Shown in pieces: positions 1 through 9,306 of a stretch of DNA of 64,000 nt. The notes under the pieces are model-generated. The model ran no database searches and was not told the origin of the DNA. It was given only the letters and a program-made list of their open reading frames with translations. The stretch is from Candidatus Latescibacterota bacterium (GTDB taxonomy: Bacteria > Latescibacterota > UBA2968). The position numbers were made by a program, and so were the translations under genes. The stretch covers positions 416,001-480,000 of the forward strand of contig OZ244960.1 of NCBI GenBank assembly GCA_965222605.1, read 5' to 3'. Position 1 is the first letter of the stretch, and every line of letters begins with the position of its first letter.

Positions 1-401
1 ATCTCAACTGCGAGATCAAATTTGTCCTTCGGAAATCGCATTCTTAAGCACATATAATGGATAGTTGTAAAGGCATAACTTTGACCTCCATTATCGACGA
101 TAATCTGGTTGAGTTTTCCTGGCTCATGGCTACCAGTATCTGACATGATATGCTCTAAGAAGTGTATTCTCCCTTGTTCACCTTCTTTTTCGTCTGCCCA
201 GCCAGCGCAGTACAAGGTATAATATTCAAATGTTGGAATTGTTCTATCTACCACGATAACGGCATCGAGGTTAGGATTGATGGTGTAGTGCTGCGCGATG
301 AGTTCTTCAGATAATGCGGCTGTGCCAATAAGTTGGTAGGCCGAGCAGGTACTGGACAAGACGCAGGCAAGGAATGAGATGAGAACATAAATTTTTTTCA
401 T
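1..401 (-). CDS. M16 (insulinase/pitrilysin) family zinc peptidase, secreted; runs off the window edge
   Basis: Manual translation from ATG at 401: MKKIYVLISFLACVLSSTCSA signal-like N-terminus, then DEKEGEQGRIHFLEHIM (inverted HxxEH zinc motif) and NGGQSYAFTT. No stop before base 1. Confidence 0.8.
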   Translation of the reverse strand, partial: MKKIYVLISFLACVLSSTCSAYQLIGTAALSEELIAQHYTINPNLDAVIVVDRTIPTFEYYTLYCAGWADEKEGEQGRIHFLEHIMSDTGSHEPGKLNQIIVDNGGQSYAFTTIHYMCLRMRFPKDKFDLAVE

Positions 402-481
402 ATCTGATACCAGGCAAAGCTGATCGTGGTTGTTTCGTCTATATGTCTGAATACATTCTTGCACTACACAGTATAAAATCT

Positions 482-520
482 GGAGGTTCTTCCAGCAAGC
501 TTGAAAGAACCTCCTTTTAT
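482..520. terminator. Hairpin between the acidic ORF and the M16 peptidase gene
   Basis: GGAGGTTCTT...AAGAACCTCC inverted repeat with T-rich flanks. Confidence 0.55.
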
Positions 521-566
521 TTTTGTATTCTTGCGAGCCAGCTTACTCAAAGAGAGGAACCATCAA

Positions 567-1145
567 CTATCCATTATCACCTTCCGTACTGTTCTCCTCA
601 TCGGGCAAACCGCTACCGTCATCATCATCATCATCATTGGCACAATCACCATCACAATTCTCATCATCACAATACTCACAATTCTCATCATCATCTCCAC
701 AATCCAAAGGGACGGTGCATCCATCTTCCGTGCCGTCATCTGAAAAGTCAAAATCCCAAAAATCCCCCAAATGGTCCTTATCATTGTTTTCACTGTCTGA
801 CTCTGAGCTACCACCGCCACCACTGCCACCACTGCCACCTAAAATTGGACCAAAATCATTATCGAAAACATAATCAAATTCCTGAGTAAAGGGTTTTCCC
901 TCAGTATCAAAGGTGCCGCTCTTAGGGTAACAATCAAATGTGTTGCCGCCACATTCTCCAGAGATCTCATCCATACCTGTGGCCCCGTCATCCATCTTGC
1001 CGTCACCCGGCATCGTTATGCTTCCTCCATTCCCTCCTCGAGCCATGTTCATTTCTTGTGGTGAAATGGTCTCAGAGAGAATGGAGAGCGGTTTGCAGGT
1101 AAGTCCCGCGATGGATGTGGTGTGTTCAGAAATATTTTCTGGCAT
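567..1145 (-). CDS. Asp/Gly/Cys-rich acidic protein with a double-glycine-like leader (possible peptide precursor)
   Basis: Strong RBS (AGGAGG); TISPQEMNMARGG resembles GG-leader motifs; very acidic C-terminus; 9 Cys in total. Confidence 0.65.
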   Translation of the reverse strand: MPENISEHTTSIAGLTCKPLSILSETISPQEMNMARGGNGGSITMPGDGKMDDGATGMDEISGECGGNTFDCYPKSGTFDTEGKPFTQEFDYVFDNDFGPILGGSGGSGGGGSSESDSENNDKDHLGDFWDFDFSDDGTEDGCTVPLDCGDDDENCEYCDDENCDGDCANDDDDDDGSGLPDEENSTEGDNG

Positions 1146-1260
1146 GATACAACCTCCTGTTAAGGGTTATACCGCTTTTGCGAGCAACAAACGAATGGTG
1201 TACAAATAACTGTTCTCCAAACCAGTTCATTTGCGGTGATTCGATTCGTTCTATATTCAT
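1126..1260 (-). CDS. Small 44-aa ORF (MNIERIESPQ...HARKYF) overlapping the start of the acidic ORF
   Basis: AAGGAGGT immediately before ATG at 1260; below the ORF-track size cutoff. Confidence 0.35.
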   Translation of the reverse strand: MNIERIESPQMNWFGEQLFVHHSFVARKSGITLNRRLYHARKYF

Positions 1261-1339
1261 ACCTCCTTTCGGGTGTTCTGCGTTATGGGTGAGAGAGGCA
1301 TTCCAAAATCGTCAAAAAACAATCCTCTAAACATTCAAC

Positions 1340-2059
1340 TCAAACATCTTCCGAAAACGACTGAATTTCTCCGCGCATAACTTTTGTGCGGTACTCGGTA
1401 GGAGGTATTCCGTGTATGGTCTTAAAAGCCTCACGCAAACGATTTGACGAAAGAAATCCGCACTCACTTGCAATTTCATAGACGAATATTGAGGGTTTTT
1501 TTATCAAACGCTGTGCCTGTGCAACTCTGATCTCCCGCAATTTTTCCGAGAAAGTCTTGCCCACATGTTTTTTAAACAGCTTGCAACCGTGCGATCTGGA
1601 AAACCCGAAATGGTTCATGAGGTCATCAAAGTTCAGTTCTGGATTGCTGTAATGCTCCTCCAAAAACGACTCCAAACTCCTTTTTATCCAATCTTGTGAA
1701 GGCATGCGTTTCTTAACCTTTGCCAAAAATTTGCCCTTCCTGATCGGTTTATCCAGCACGCCTACAGCACCCAGCTTGAATATTCTTTCCATTAATTCCA
1801 GGCGTCCCATCTCTCCCATGATCAGGACATTTGTTTGAATTTCCTCTACCTTTAGACAAGTCAAAAGAGATATCGCATCGAGGTCTCTTATATCTATGTC
1901 AACCACAGCGAGATCGATCTTCTCGCGTCTCAAAGTTTTAAACCCTGCTACCCCATCTCTCGCCGTGAATACATCGTAAAGTTCATCGCTCAAGTATTCA
2001 CAAAGGGTCGATATAACGCAGCTATCGCGATCTATAATCAGAACTTTCTGCTCATTCAT
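1340..2059 (-). CDS. Response regulator with receiver and AraC-type HTH domains
   Basis: KVLIIDRD...DLAVVD...LDKP receiver; C-terminal FKKHVGKTFSE...IASECGF...FKTIHGIPPTEYR AraC signature. Confidence 0.9.
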   Translation of the reverse strand: MNEQKVLIIDRDSCVISTLCEYLSDELYDVFTARDGVAGFKTLRREKIDLAVVDIDIRDLDAISLLTCLKVEEIQTNVLIMGEMGRLELMERIFKLGAVGVLDKPIRKGKFLAKVKKRMPSQDWIKRSLESFLEEHYSNPELNFDDLMNHFGFSRSHGCKLFKKHVGKTFSEKLREIRVAQAQRLIKKPSIFVYEIASECGFLSSNRLREAFKTIHGIPPTEYRTKVMRGEIQSFSEDV

Positions 2060-2105
2060 ATTTTTCCCCATACGCCAAAAAATTTCTACAACCATATCAA
2101 AACAT

Positions 2106-2145
2106 GCACCTTGCATGCCAACAGATATGTGCAACATGTGTGCCA
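2106..2145 (-). promoter_or_regulatory. Two tandem sigma54 (-24/-12) promoter motifs upstream of the AraC regulator
   Basis: TGGCACACATGTTGC (2145-2131) and TGGCATGCAAGGTGC (2120-2106), both GG-N10-GC. Confidence 0.6.
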
Positions 2146-2303
2146 ATTTGAACTTTTTAGAGAATAATATTTGTAAACCATTATTTTTACTTCACATAGA
2201 ATTATTATCTTGCAAAATCCAGGCTGAATATCAAATTAAGAGGTGAAAACATCGTTCACTTTTTCCCAATCAATTTGACACTACTTTTTCCTTTTAATTC
2301 GCA

Positions 2304-2418
2304 TTGACAATCGCGCCTGGGGTCGCTACCTTAGTTTAGTCTTCTCAAGTTACCAGCTTGAGATATTCATCGCCGCTGACAGATGACCTGGTCGAGTCTT
2401 GTCAGCGGCTCTTTTATT
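2304..2418 (+). ncRNA. Candidate small RNA with its own sigma70 promoter and terminator
   Basis: TTGACA-17-TACCTT (2304-2332), hairpin TCTCAAG..CTTGAGA, then GCCGCTGACA..TGTCAGCGGC followed by TCTTTT; no ORF. Confidence 0.35.
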
Positions 2419-2564
2419 ATAATACCGTCACACCTGTAAATTCAACTCAAAAAGTCCCCGCGTATTTGTGATTCTCACCGCGTATTTCTGTTTTTTTGCA
2501 ATTTTGGGATTGGTGCATAAAAAAACTGTGAATGGATTATTTTCCCATTCACAGTTCAGAAACA

Positions 2565-2620
2565 CTGGATCGCGGCATGCCCCTGCAGGGTTTAAGCAGG
2601 GGACCATGCCGCGATGACGG
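2565..2620. repeat. REP-like palindrome (CGTC-family style)
   Basis: CTGGATCGCGGCATG-CCCCTGC...GCAGGGG-AC-CATGCCGCGATGACG. Confidence 0.55.
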
Positions 2621-2660
2621 AGCCTGCTGGCCTGTCCTACGACCTCTTATCTCTCGCCTT

Positions 2661-4640
2661 TCATCTGTGTCCATCTGCGTCCATCTGTGGTTGCTTTTGT
2701 AGTTGCTTCGCGCTCTTTTCAACATCTTCCACCGCCGTCATGATCCCCTCAATAAATTCATCTGCTGCATCGTCCTTCTGCTTTTGCTGCTGTTCGTAGA
2801 GCAAGCGATAGACCTCGCACTCTTCCAGCAAATCGTCGTGAACACCCCAGCCCGCCATACGACCATTGTCCAGCACCAGAATGCGATCTGCCCGCATCGC
2901 CGTAGAAATCCGGTGGGTAATCACAAAAGTCGTGCGGCCCTCCATCAAATGATCCAGCGTCTCTTGTATTTTCGCTTCTGTCTTTGCATCCAGCGCGGAG
3001 GTAGTATCGTCCAAAATCAGAATACTGGGATTGGTGACAACAGCCATCGCAAAAGCCAGACGCTGTTTTTGACCGCCCGACAAGTTGGTGCCGCGCTCTT
3101 CAACCTGGGCCTCGTATTTTTCCGGCAGCGTTACAATAAAATCGTGTAACTCTGCCGCTTTAGCCGCATCCATCACCTGTTCGGGCGTGGTATCGGGCTG
3201 ACCATAGCGAATATTATCGGCAATCGTCCCGGAAAACAAAACGGGTTCCTGGGGCACCATACTGATGTGATGTCGCAGTGAAGAAATTTTGAGATCTTGT
3301 ATATCGTAGTCATCCAGAATAATCTTCCCCTCTGTGGGTTCATAAAGACGCATCAACAAACTAACCAGCGTACTCTTACCCGACCCCGAAGGCCCAACCA
3401 CAGCCACCGAAGTGCCCGGCCGCACGACAAAATTGAGATTTCTTATGACGTAATCGCCCGTCTCTGTATAGCGAAACGACACATTGCGAACCGACACGCG
3501 ACCGCGCACTTTGTCGAGGGTCTTCGCATCTTCCCTATCCTGAATAATCACCTCTTCATCCAGCACCTCAAACACGCGACTGATCACCACCAACATCTGT
3601 TGCAGCGTGGCATTCACATTGGCCAGTGCAACCAGTGGCGAAAAAAGATTCCCCATCGACATACTAAAATAAACCAATTCCCCAACCGTCATCATACCGC
3701 CGCGAACCTGCAATGCGCCAAAATAAAAGATCAGCCCCATTGCAATCCCCCCCACAATCGAACAGACTGCCCCCAGACCAGAACTCAAAACAGACTGTTT
3801 GACGCCCAAACGATACAACCCGATCAGACGCCTGAAAAAATCTCGAAACTCCCGTCTTTCTCGCGCATAAGACAGGATGAGACGAATCCCCTTTGAGCGT
3901 TCTTCCAACAGCGCAGAAACCTCGCCATAATCCTCTCGAAACCGCAGAAAAACATTTGCTATTGGACGCTGAAACACCTTATAGGTCACGACGTACGCGG
4001 GCAGCGCAACAAAGGCCATCAGTGCCAGCTCGACATCAATGGTAAACAGAATCACCGTGCCCATCAAAATACGCGCGACATGCCGCAGCGTTTCTATAAA
4101 TGTCGTCGTAATTTCGCTCTGCAACAACCCCACATCATCCAAAATGCGCGCCATAATCCGCCCGGTTTGCTGGCGATCAAAAAACGTCATCTGCAACTGC
4201 TGTACCTTCTCGTGCAGAGCCAGGCGAATGCGGAAAACAATCCGCTGCCCCACATAGGAGATGTTATACGTATAAAACCAGTTGAGGGTGGCAAAAAACG
4301 ATCTGACGACCAGGTAGAGAATGAAAATCCACCCCAACCATGCCAGTTTTTCAGTGCGCGTCTTGGGCTGCATCAGCCCGCCTTCTTTGCCCAGCCCCGG
4401 AATCGTTGCCTGTGGATCGCGCCTTGGACGTGTCTCCTCCTGAATCAAAGACTGCATGTGTGCCTCTAAAACGACTTCACCGGCGGGCTTGAGTTGCAAG
4501 ACCTCGTCAACTGTAATTTTTGAAATAAACCCGAGCAAAAACGTATAGGACGACGTAATAGTGGCCATCAAAATGACCATCAACATGCGCCCCCAATACG
4601 GTTTAATATATAAAATGACAAATCGCTTTAAGTTTTCCAT
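2661..4640 (-). CDS. ABC exporter, fused permease and ATPase (MsbA-like)
   Basis: TM domain, GPSGSGKS, LSGGQKQR, ILILDD; start moved to MENLKRF after the upstream stop. Confidence 0.95.
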   Translation of the reverse strand: MENLKRFVILYIKPYWGRMLMVILMATITSSYTFLLGFISKITVDEVLQLKPAGEVVLEAHMQSLIQEETRPRRDPQATIPGLGKEGGLMQPKTRTEKLAWLGWIFILYLVVRSFFATLNWFYTYNISYVGQRIVFRIRLALHEKVQQLQMTFFDRQQTGRIMARILDDVGLLQSEITTTFIETLRHVARILMGTVILFTIDVELALMAFVALPAYVVTYKVFQRPIANVFLRFREDYGEVSALLEERSKGIRLILSYARERREFRDFFRRLIGLYRLGVKQSVLSSGLGAVCSIVGGIAMGLIFYFGALQVRGGMMTVGELVYFSMSMGNLFSPLVALANVNATLQQMLVVISRVFEVLDEEVIIQDREDAKTLDKVRGRVSVRNVSFRYTETGDYVIRNLNFVVRPGTSVAVVGPSGSGKSTLVSLLMRLYEPTEGKIILDDYDIQDLKISSLRHHISMVPQEPVLFSGTIADNIRYGQPDTTPEQVMDAAKAAELHDFIVTLPEKYEAQVEERGTNLSGGQKQRLAFAMAVVTNPSILILDDTTSALDAKTEAKIQETLDHLMEGRTTFVITHRISTAMRADRILVLDNGRMAGWGVHDDLLEECEVYRLLYEQQQKQKDDAADEFIEGIMTAVEDVEKSAKQLQKQPQMDADGHR

Positions 4641-4644
4641 AATC

Positions 4645-6420
4645 TCAGCTCGCCATCGCCTCCACGGCTTCTTCAATAGAACCCGCGGCCTGCTGCTCGT
4701 AAAGTTGGCGATACTTTCCATCGGGTATTTGCAACAACTCGCTGTGCGTCCCCTGTTCAATAATTTCACCGTGATCCATCACAACAATAATATCCGCATT
4801 GACGATCGTCGATAATCGGTGTGCAATCGCAAAGGACGTGCGTCCTTTTAGTACCATGGTCATCGCTTTTTGTATCAGAGCCTCCGACAGGGAATCGAGT
4901 GACGAAGTCGCTTCGTCGAGAATTAAAACCAACGGATTGGTCAGCACTGCCCTGGCAATGGCGAGACGCTGTTTCTCTCCCACAGACAACTTAATACCAT
5001 CGTTCCCCAACATCGAATCGTAACCCTCGGGTGTACGCATAATAAATTCGTGAATCTCGGCAATGCGCGTCGCTTCGATCAACTCGGCATCTGTGGCATC
5101 TGCGCGACCATATAGCAAATTCTCCCGAATCGTCCCATTAAACATCACCGAATCTTGCAACACTTGGCCGATCTGTGTACGCAAGGTACGCAACTTCACA
5201 TCTCGCAAATCGTGACCATCAATTGTAATACGCCCTTCCTTCACATCGTAAAAGCGCATCAACAAACTCGTCAACGTCGTCTTTCCGCATCCCGTATGCC
5301 CCACCAGCGCCACCATCTGCCCCGGCTGCACCTCCAGATTGATGCCCTTCAAAACAGGCTCACTCTCTTTGTACTCAAAATGTACATCTTCAAATTTAAT
5401 ATGTCCTTTTATCGGCGGTAATTCAACAGCATCTTCCTTGTCCTTAATCTCTATGGGAAAATCTAAAATTTCCAAGACGCGATCCACAGACACCATCACC
5501 GATTGAAGATGCATGGCAATTTGCGTGAGACTGAGAATAGGCTGAAACATCCGGCTCGAATACGCAAAAAAGGCCATCACAGCCCCATAAGTCATTTCAC
5601 CCTCAATCACGTAATAACAGCCCAAACAAAAAATCACAGTATTGCGCAATCCCGACACCCCCCAGGCACCGGCCATATAGCCAGCGCGATTTGTGGCAGT
5701 CTGCATCGCCGCATCCAAACTCTGGTGCGTATCTTCCGCAAATGCGCGGTGTTCTCTGCGCTCTCGTCCATAAGATTTTACCAGTTGCACCCCGGCCAAC
5801 CGCTCTTGTAGGCCAACCGACACCTGATCCATCTTTCTGCGCCAAAGACTTATAGACTGCCGCATTGGCGTGCGCCACCCGTAAAAATTAAAAAAATACA
5901 GGGGTATCAGCAAAAGCAGCAGACACCCCATCTTCCAATTCAAGCTCATACACAGCGCAAGCGCCACCCAGAACGACACAAAATCAACAATAATGCCCAG
6001 CATACGCGACGTCACCATACTGCGCACACTCGCAATATCAGACATAATGCGCGACATAATTTTGCCTGTACCCATCTCGTCGTAAAAGCGCATGGGCAAT
6101 TTCAACATGTGTTCATACGTAAACTTCCGCATACTCGTCGTCAGCCCCCACCCCACATAAGCATTGGTAAATGAGACCCAAACGCGCAGCGCAGCAGACA
6201 TGATAGGCAGACAAATCGAAATAAACAAAAGCACTTCCAGAAAGTGCCAGTTACCCATGGTAATGACATCATCGATGATGAACTTCATCACCAGAGGAGG
6301 CACCATACCCAGTGCTGTCATTGTCGCCGTCAAGCACAACAGCAAGATCAGACGCGATTTGTAAGGGGTGACAAAATGCGCGAACTTGCGCAACTTGTCA
6401 GCATTGCTTTCGTCTGCCAT
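4645..6420 (-). CDS. ABC exporter, fused permease and ATPase (likely heterodimer partner)
   Basis: GHTGCGKT, degenerate LSVGEKQR signature, LILDEATS. Confidence 0.95.
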   Translation of the reverse strand: MADESNADKLRKFAHFVTPYKSRLILLLCLTATMTALGMVPPLVMKFIIDDVITMGNWHFLEVLLFISICLPIMSAALRVWVSFTNAYVGWGLTTSMRKFTYEHMLKLPMRFYDEMGTGKIMSRIMSDIASVRSMVTSRMLGIIVDFVSFWVALALCMSLNWKMGCLLLLLIPLYFFNFYGWRTPMRQSISLWRRKMDQVSVGLQERLAGVQLVKSYGRERREHRAFAEDTHQSLDAAMQTATNRAGYMAGAWGVSGLRNTVIFCLGCYYVIEGEMTYGAVMAFFAYSSRMFQPILSLTQIAMHLQSVMVSVDRVLEILDFPIEIKDKEDAVELPPIKGHIKFEDVHFEYKESEPVLKGINLEVQPGQMVALVGHTGCGKTTLTSLLMRFYDVKEGRITIDGHDLRDVKLRTLRTQIGQVLQDSVMFNGTIRENLLYGRADATDAELIEATRIAEIHEFIMRTPEGYDSMLGNDGIKLSVGEKQRLAIARAVLTNPLVLILDEATSSLDSLSEALIQKAMTMVLKGRTSFAIAHRLSTIVNADIIVVMDHGEIIEQGTHSELLQIPDGKYRQLYEQQAAGSIEEAVEAMAS

Positions 6421-6595
6421 ATTGATCTCATTTTAAAAATAAGTTGCAGATTTTTGGATCTCGACGCTTCTTTATTTGTCCATCTTTGGGCAATCATAAA
6501 TAATATTTAAGAACAGATATAAAAATATAAAGACACCTTTTAATTAAATCAAGCCCATCTCATTCGATGGCGCATCCTCTACCTCTGATTGAGCC

Positions 6596-7879
6596 ATGAA
6601 AAATCTCTCAACCATGACCATTGCACAAATTCGCGCCCACATCAAATCTGTCAATCGCCTTGACGAAGCATACCTCCGCGCACTCGAGCAGGACACCCGT
6701 GCCGGTGTTCGTGCACTCGCAGAACAGATGCGAAAAAAGCGAAAAGCACAGGCGCTTGAAAAAGCGCGCCTCGAACAAATGCTCACCATAGAAAAAAGAC
6801 TCAGAGAACGGGGCATTCAGCACATCGCAGGCGTAGATGAAGCCGGGCGAGGCCCCCTTGCAGGTCCCGTTGTCGCCGCCGCGGTTATCCTCCCGCCAGA
6901 TACACTCATTCCCGGCTTAAACGACTCCAAAGCACTATCAAAAAAACGCCGAGCAGAACTTTTTGAAACCATCCACGACGTAGCTCTCGCCATTGGCGTG
7001 GGCAAAGCGTCTCCACAAGAAATAGACAAATACAACATCCGCAACGCTACCCACCACGCCATGTGCAAGGCACTCGCCGCACTCCGCATCTCGCCCGACC
7101 GCGTGCTCATCGATGGCAATGCCCTCCCGGGCAGTCCATTCCCCGAACAATCGGTCATAGGCGGTGATCGTAAGTCGCTTTCTGTCGCCGCCGCATCTGT
7201 CATCGCCAAAGTAACGCGCGATCGCCTGATGATCGATTACCACGCGCAATATCCCGCTTATGGCTTTGCCCATCACAAGGGATATGGCAGCGCCGATCAC
7301 CTCGCCGCCTTGCAAAAACACGGCCCCTGTCCTATCCACCGCCGATCTTTCCGGGGCGTCTTTGAAGCCAACCGCTCTGAGGACTTTAAAATTTTTGCCG
7401 AAGGTATTCAAACCGCCACAAACCGCGGCCAACTTCAGGCCATCGGAAAAACCATTGCCAGTGCCAGCAAACATATCCCACAAGATGAGGTACACGCTCT
7501 GCGCGCGCTATTTCGCAAACGACGCACCCGCCTGCAACAATCCGGTCCAAAAGGCGAACAATTGGCGGAAAAATTTATAAAACAAAAGGGATACAGAATT
7601 CGCGCGCGCGGATTTCGCGCCCTGGGCGGTGAAATCGACCTCATTGCAGAAAAAAACAACGTCTTGATCTTCGTCGAAGTCAAAACCGCGACCACCCCGC
7701 ATTTTGGACAACCAGAAACCAGAGTAACGCCTGCCAAGCAAGCGCAAATTATCAAAATCGCAAAAGCCTACCTGCAACAACACCCCGACCACGCGGCACC
7801 GCGATTTGACGTCATCGCCGTTGACCTGACACAACAGCACCCGGTCATCCGACACTACGAAAACGCCTTTACAGCTTAG
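6596..7879 (+). CDS. rnhB: Ribonuclease HII fused to a C-terminal YraN-family PD-(D/E)XK nuclease
   Basis: GVDEAGRGPLAGPV, NDSK, HKGYG; C-terminal GEIDLIA...FVEVK...PRFDVIAV. Confidence 0.92.
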   Translation: MKNLSTMTIAQIRAHIKSVNRLDEAYLRALEQDTRAGVRALAEQMRKKRKAQALEKARLEQMLTIEKRLRERGIQHIAGVDEAGRGPLAGPVVAAAVILPPDTLIPGLNDSKALSKKRRAELFETIHDVALAIGVGKASPQEIDKYNIRNATHHAMCKALAALRISPDRVLIDGNALPGSPFPEQSVIGGDRKSLSVAAASVIAKVTRDRLMIDYHAQYPAYGFAHHKGYGSADHLAALQKHGPCPIHRRSFRGVFEANRSEDFKIFAEGIQTATNRGQLQAIGKTIASASKHIPQDEVHALRALFRKRRTRLQQSGPKGEQLAEKFIKQKGYRIRARGFRALGGEIDLIAEKNNVLIFVEVKTATTPHFGQPETRVTPAKQAQIIKIAKAYLQQHPDHAAPRFDVIAVDLTQQHPVIRHYENAFTA

Positions 7880-8004
7880 GGAGCGGTCAGCTTACCTACC
7901 GGTCCTCACACCCCAAATTCTCCTCTTAAACCTTGACAATACCCCCTCTTACCTTTATTTTTAATTCTTCTTAAAAAAATAATTTGTGACGGATTATAAT
8001 ACCC

Positions 8005-9297
8005 ATGCCACAGTTAATTCCAAAAGTAAAAGGCACCCGCGATTTTTATCCCGAAGACTGGGCCTACCAGAAGTGGCTCTGCGAGAAATTTATCGGCGTT
8101 GGCAATCTCTTTGGTTACAGAGAATACGAAAGTACAATACTCGAATACATGGCCCTCTACCTGGGCAAAAGCAGCGAAGAAATCGTCACACAGCAGACAT
8201 TTACGCTATCTGATCGGGACGACAAACAACTCGTCATGCGCCCAGAACTCACGCCCACACTCGCGCGCATGGTCGCCCAAAAAGAAGGCGAACTCACCTT
8301 CCCCATTCGCTGGCAATCATACGGCAGGTTCTTTCGCTACGAGCGTCCCCAACGCGGGCGCGGGCGTTCCTTTTTTCAATGGAACATAGACGCGCTCGGC
8401 AGCGATAGCTATCTGGCCGATGCCGAAATAATCACCATAGCTTGCACGCTATTCAAACACCTCGGTCTCACTACCGAACACGCCACCATCAGAGTCAACG
8501 ACCGACAGGCCCTCGAAATTTTAATCTCCAAAAAACTGGACTTGTCGCCCGAGAACATCAAACCCGTTTTTGGGGCTATTGACCGCATAGACAAAATGCC
8601 CGAGGAAAAATTCCGCACCTATTTGGCCGATGATCTGGATCTCAGTTCAGGTCAAATCGATACCCTCTACGAAATCCTCCAAACAGCAGACCTGACATTT
8701 TCCCCCTGGCTCCAGCGCATTTTTGAGCAACTCGACAAAAATGATGTTATAGACTTCGTAAAACTCGACTTCAAAATCGTGCGCGGTTTTGACTACTATA
8801 CGCGCACGGTATTTGAAGCATGGGCAAAAACCTCATTGCGCCGCGCCCTCTTTGGAGGTGGTCGTTACGACAATCTCATACGTCAAGTAGGCGGCAAGCG
8901 CCAGGTACCGGGTGTGGGATTTGCAGTCGGCGATATGGCCATCACCGAATTGCTCAAAGAAATAGACATTTATCCCCAACTCGAAACGCCCGGTGCCCGC
9001 GTATTCGTTACGGTATTCTCCGAAGACCTTCTCGTCCAATCGTCTTCTTTTGCCGAAAAACTGCGCCAGGAGGGTATCGCAACAGAACTCCATCTCATTC
9101 CGGGACAGCGTCTCGACAGACAATTCAAATATGCAGATCGTCAAAATATCCCCTTTGCAGCAGTTATTGGACCAGACGAGGCGTCTGCAAATACCATCGT
9201 GCTCAAAGACCTCAAAGCGCGCGCGCAACAAATTTTTTCACAAAACGACCTGTGCGCGATAAAAACAACGCTTAAAAGCGGAATTACCCAAGCGTAG
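8005..9297 (+). CDS. hisS: Histidyl-tRNA synthetase
   Basis: KGTRDFYP, RPELTP, FRYERPQRGR, RGFDYYT, GGGRYD. Confidence 0.97.
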   Translation: MPQLIPKVKGTRDFYPEDWAYQKWLCEKFIGVGNLFGYREYESTILEYMALYLGKSSEEIVTQQTFTLSDRDDKQLVMRPELTPTLARMVAQKEGELTFPIRWQSYGRFFRYERPQRGRGRSFFQWNIDALGSDSYLADAEIITIACTLFKHLGLTTEHATIRVNDRQALEILISKKLDLSPENIKPVFGAIDRIDKMPEEKFRTYLADDLDLSSGQIDTLYEILQTADLTFSPWLQRIFEQLDKNDVIDFVKLDFKIVRGFDYYTRTVFEAWAKTSLRRALFGGGRYDNLIRQVGGKRQVPGVGFAVGDMAITELLKEIDIYPQLETPGARVFVTVFSEDLLVQSSSFAEKLRQEGIATELHLIPGQRLDRQFKYADRQNIPFAAVIGPDEASANTIVLKDLKARAQQIFSQNDLCAIKTTLKSGITQA

Positions 9298-9306
9298 GAG
9301 ACAGCC

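Noticed and set aside
443-889. His-rich 148-aa ORF and other overlapping frames
   Set aside because: Antisense shadow of the GAT-rich acidic ORF, which has the RBS.
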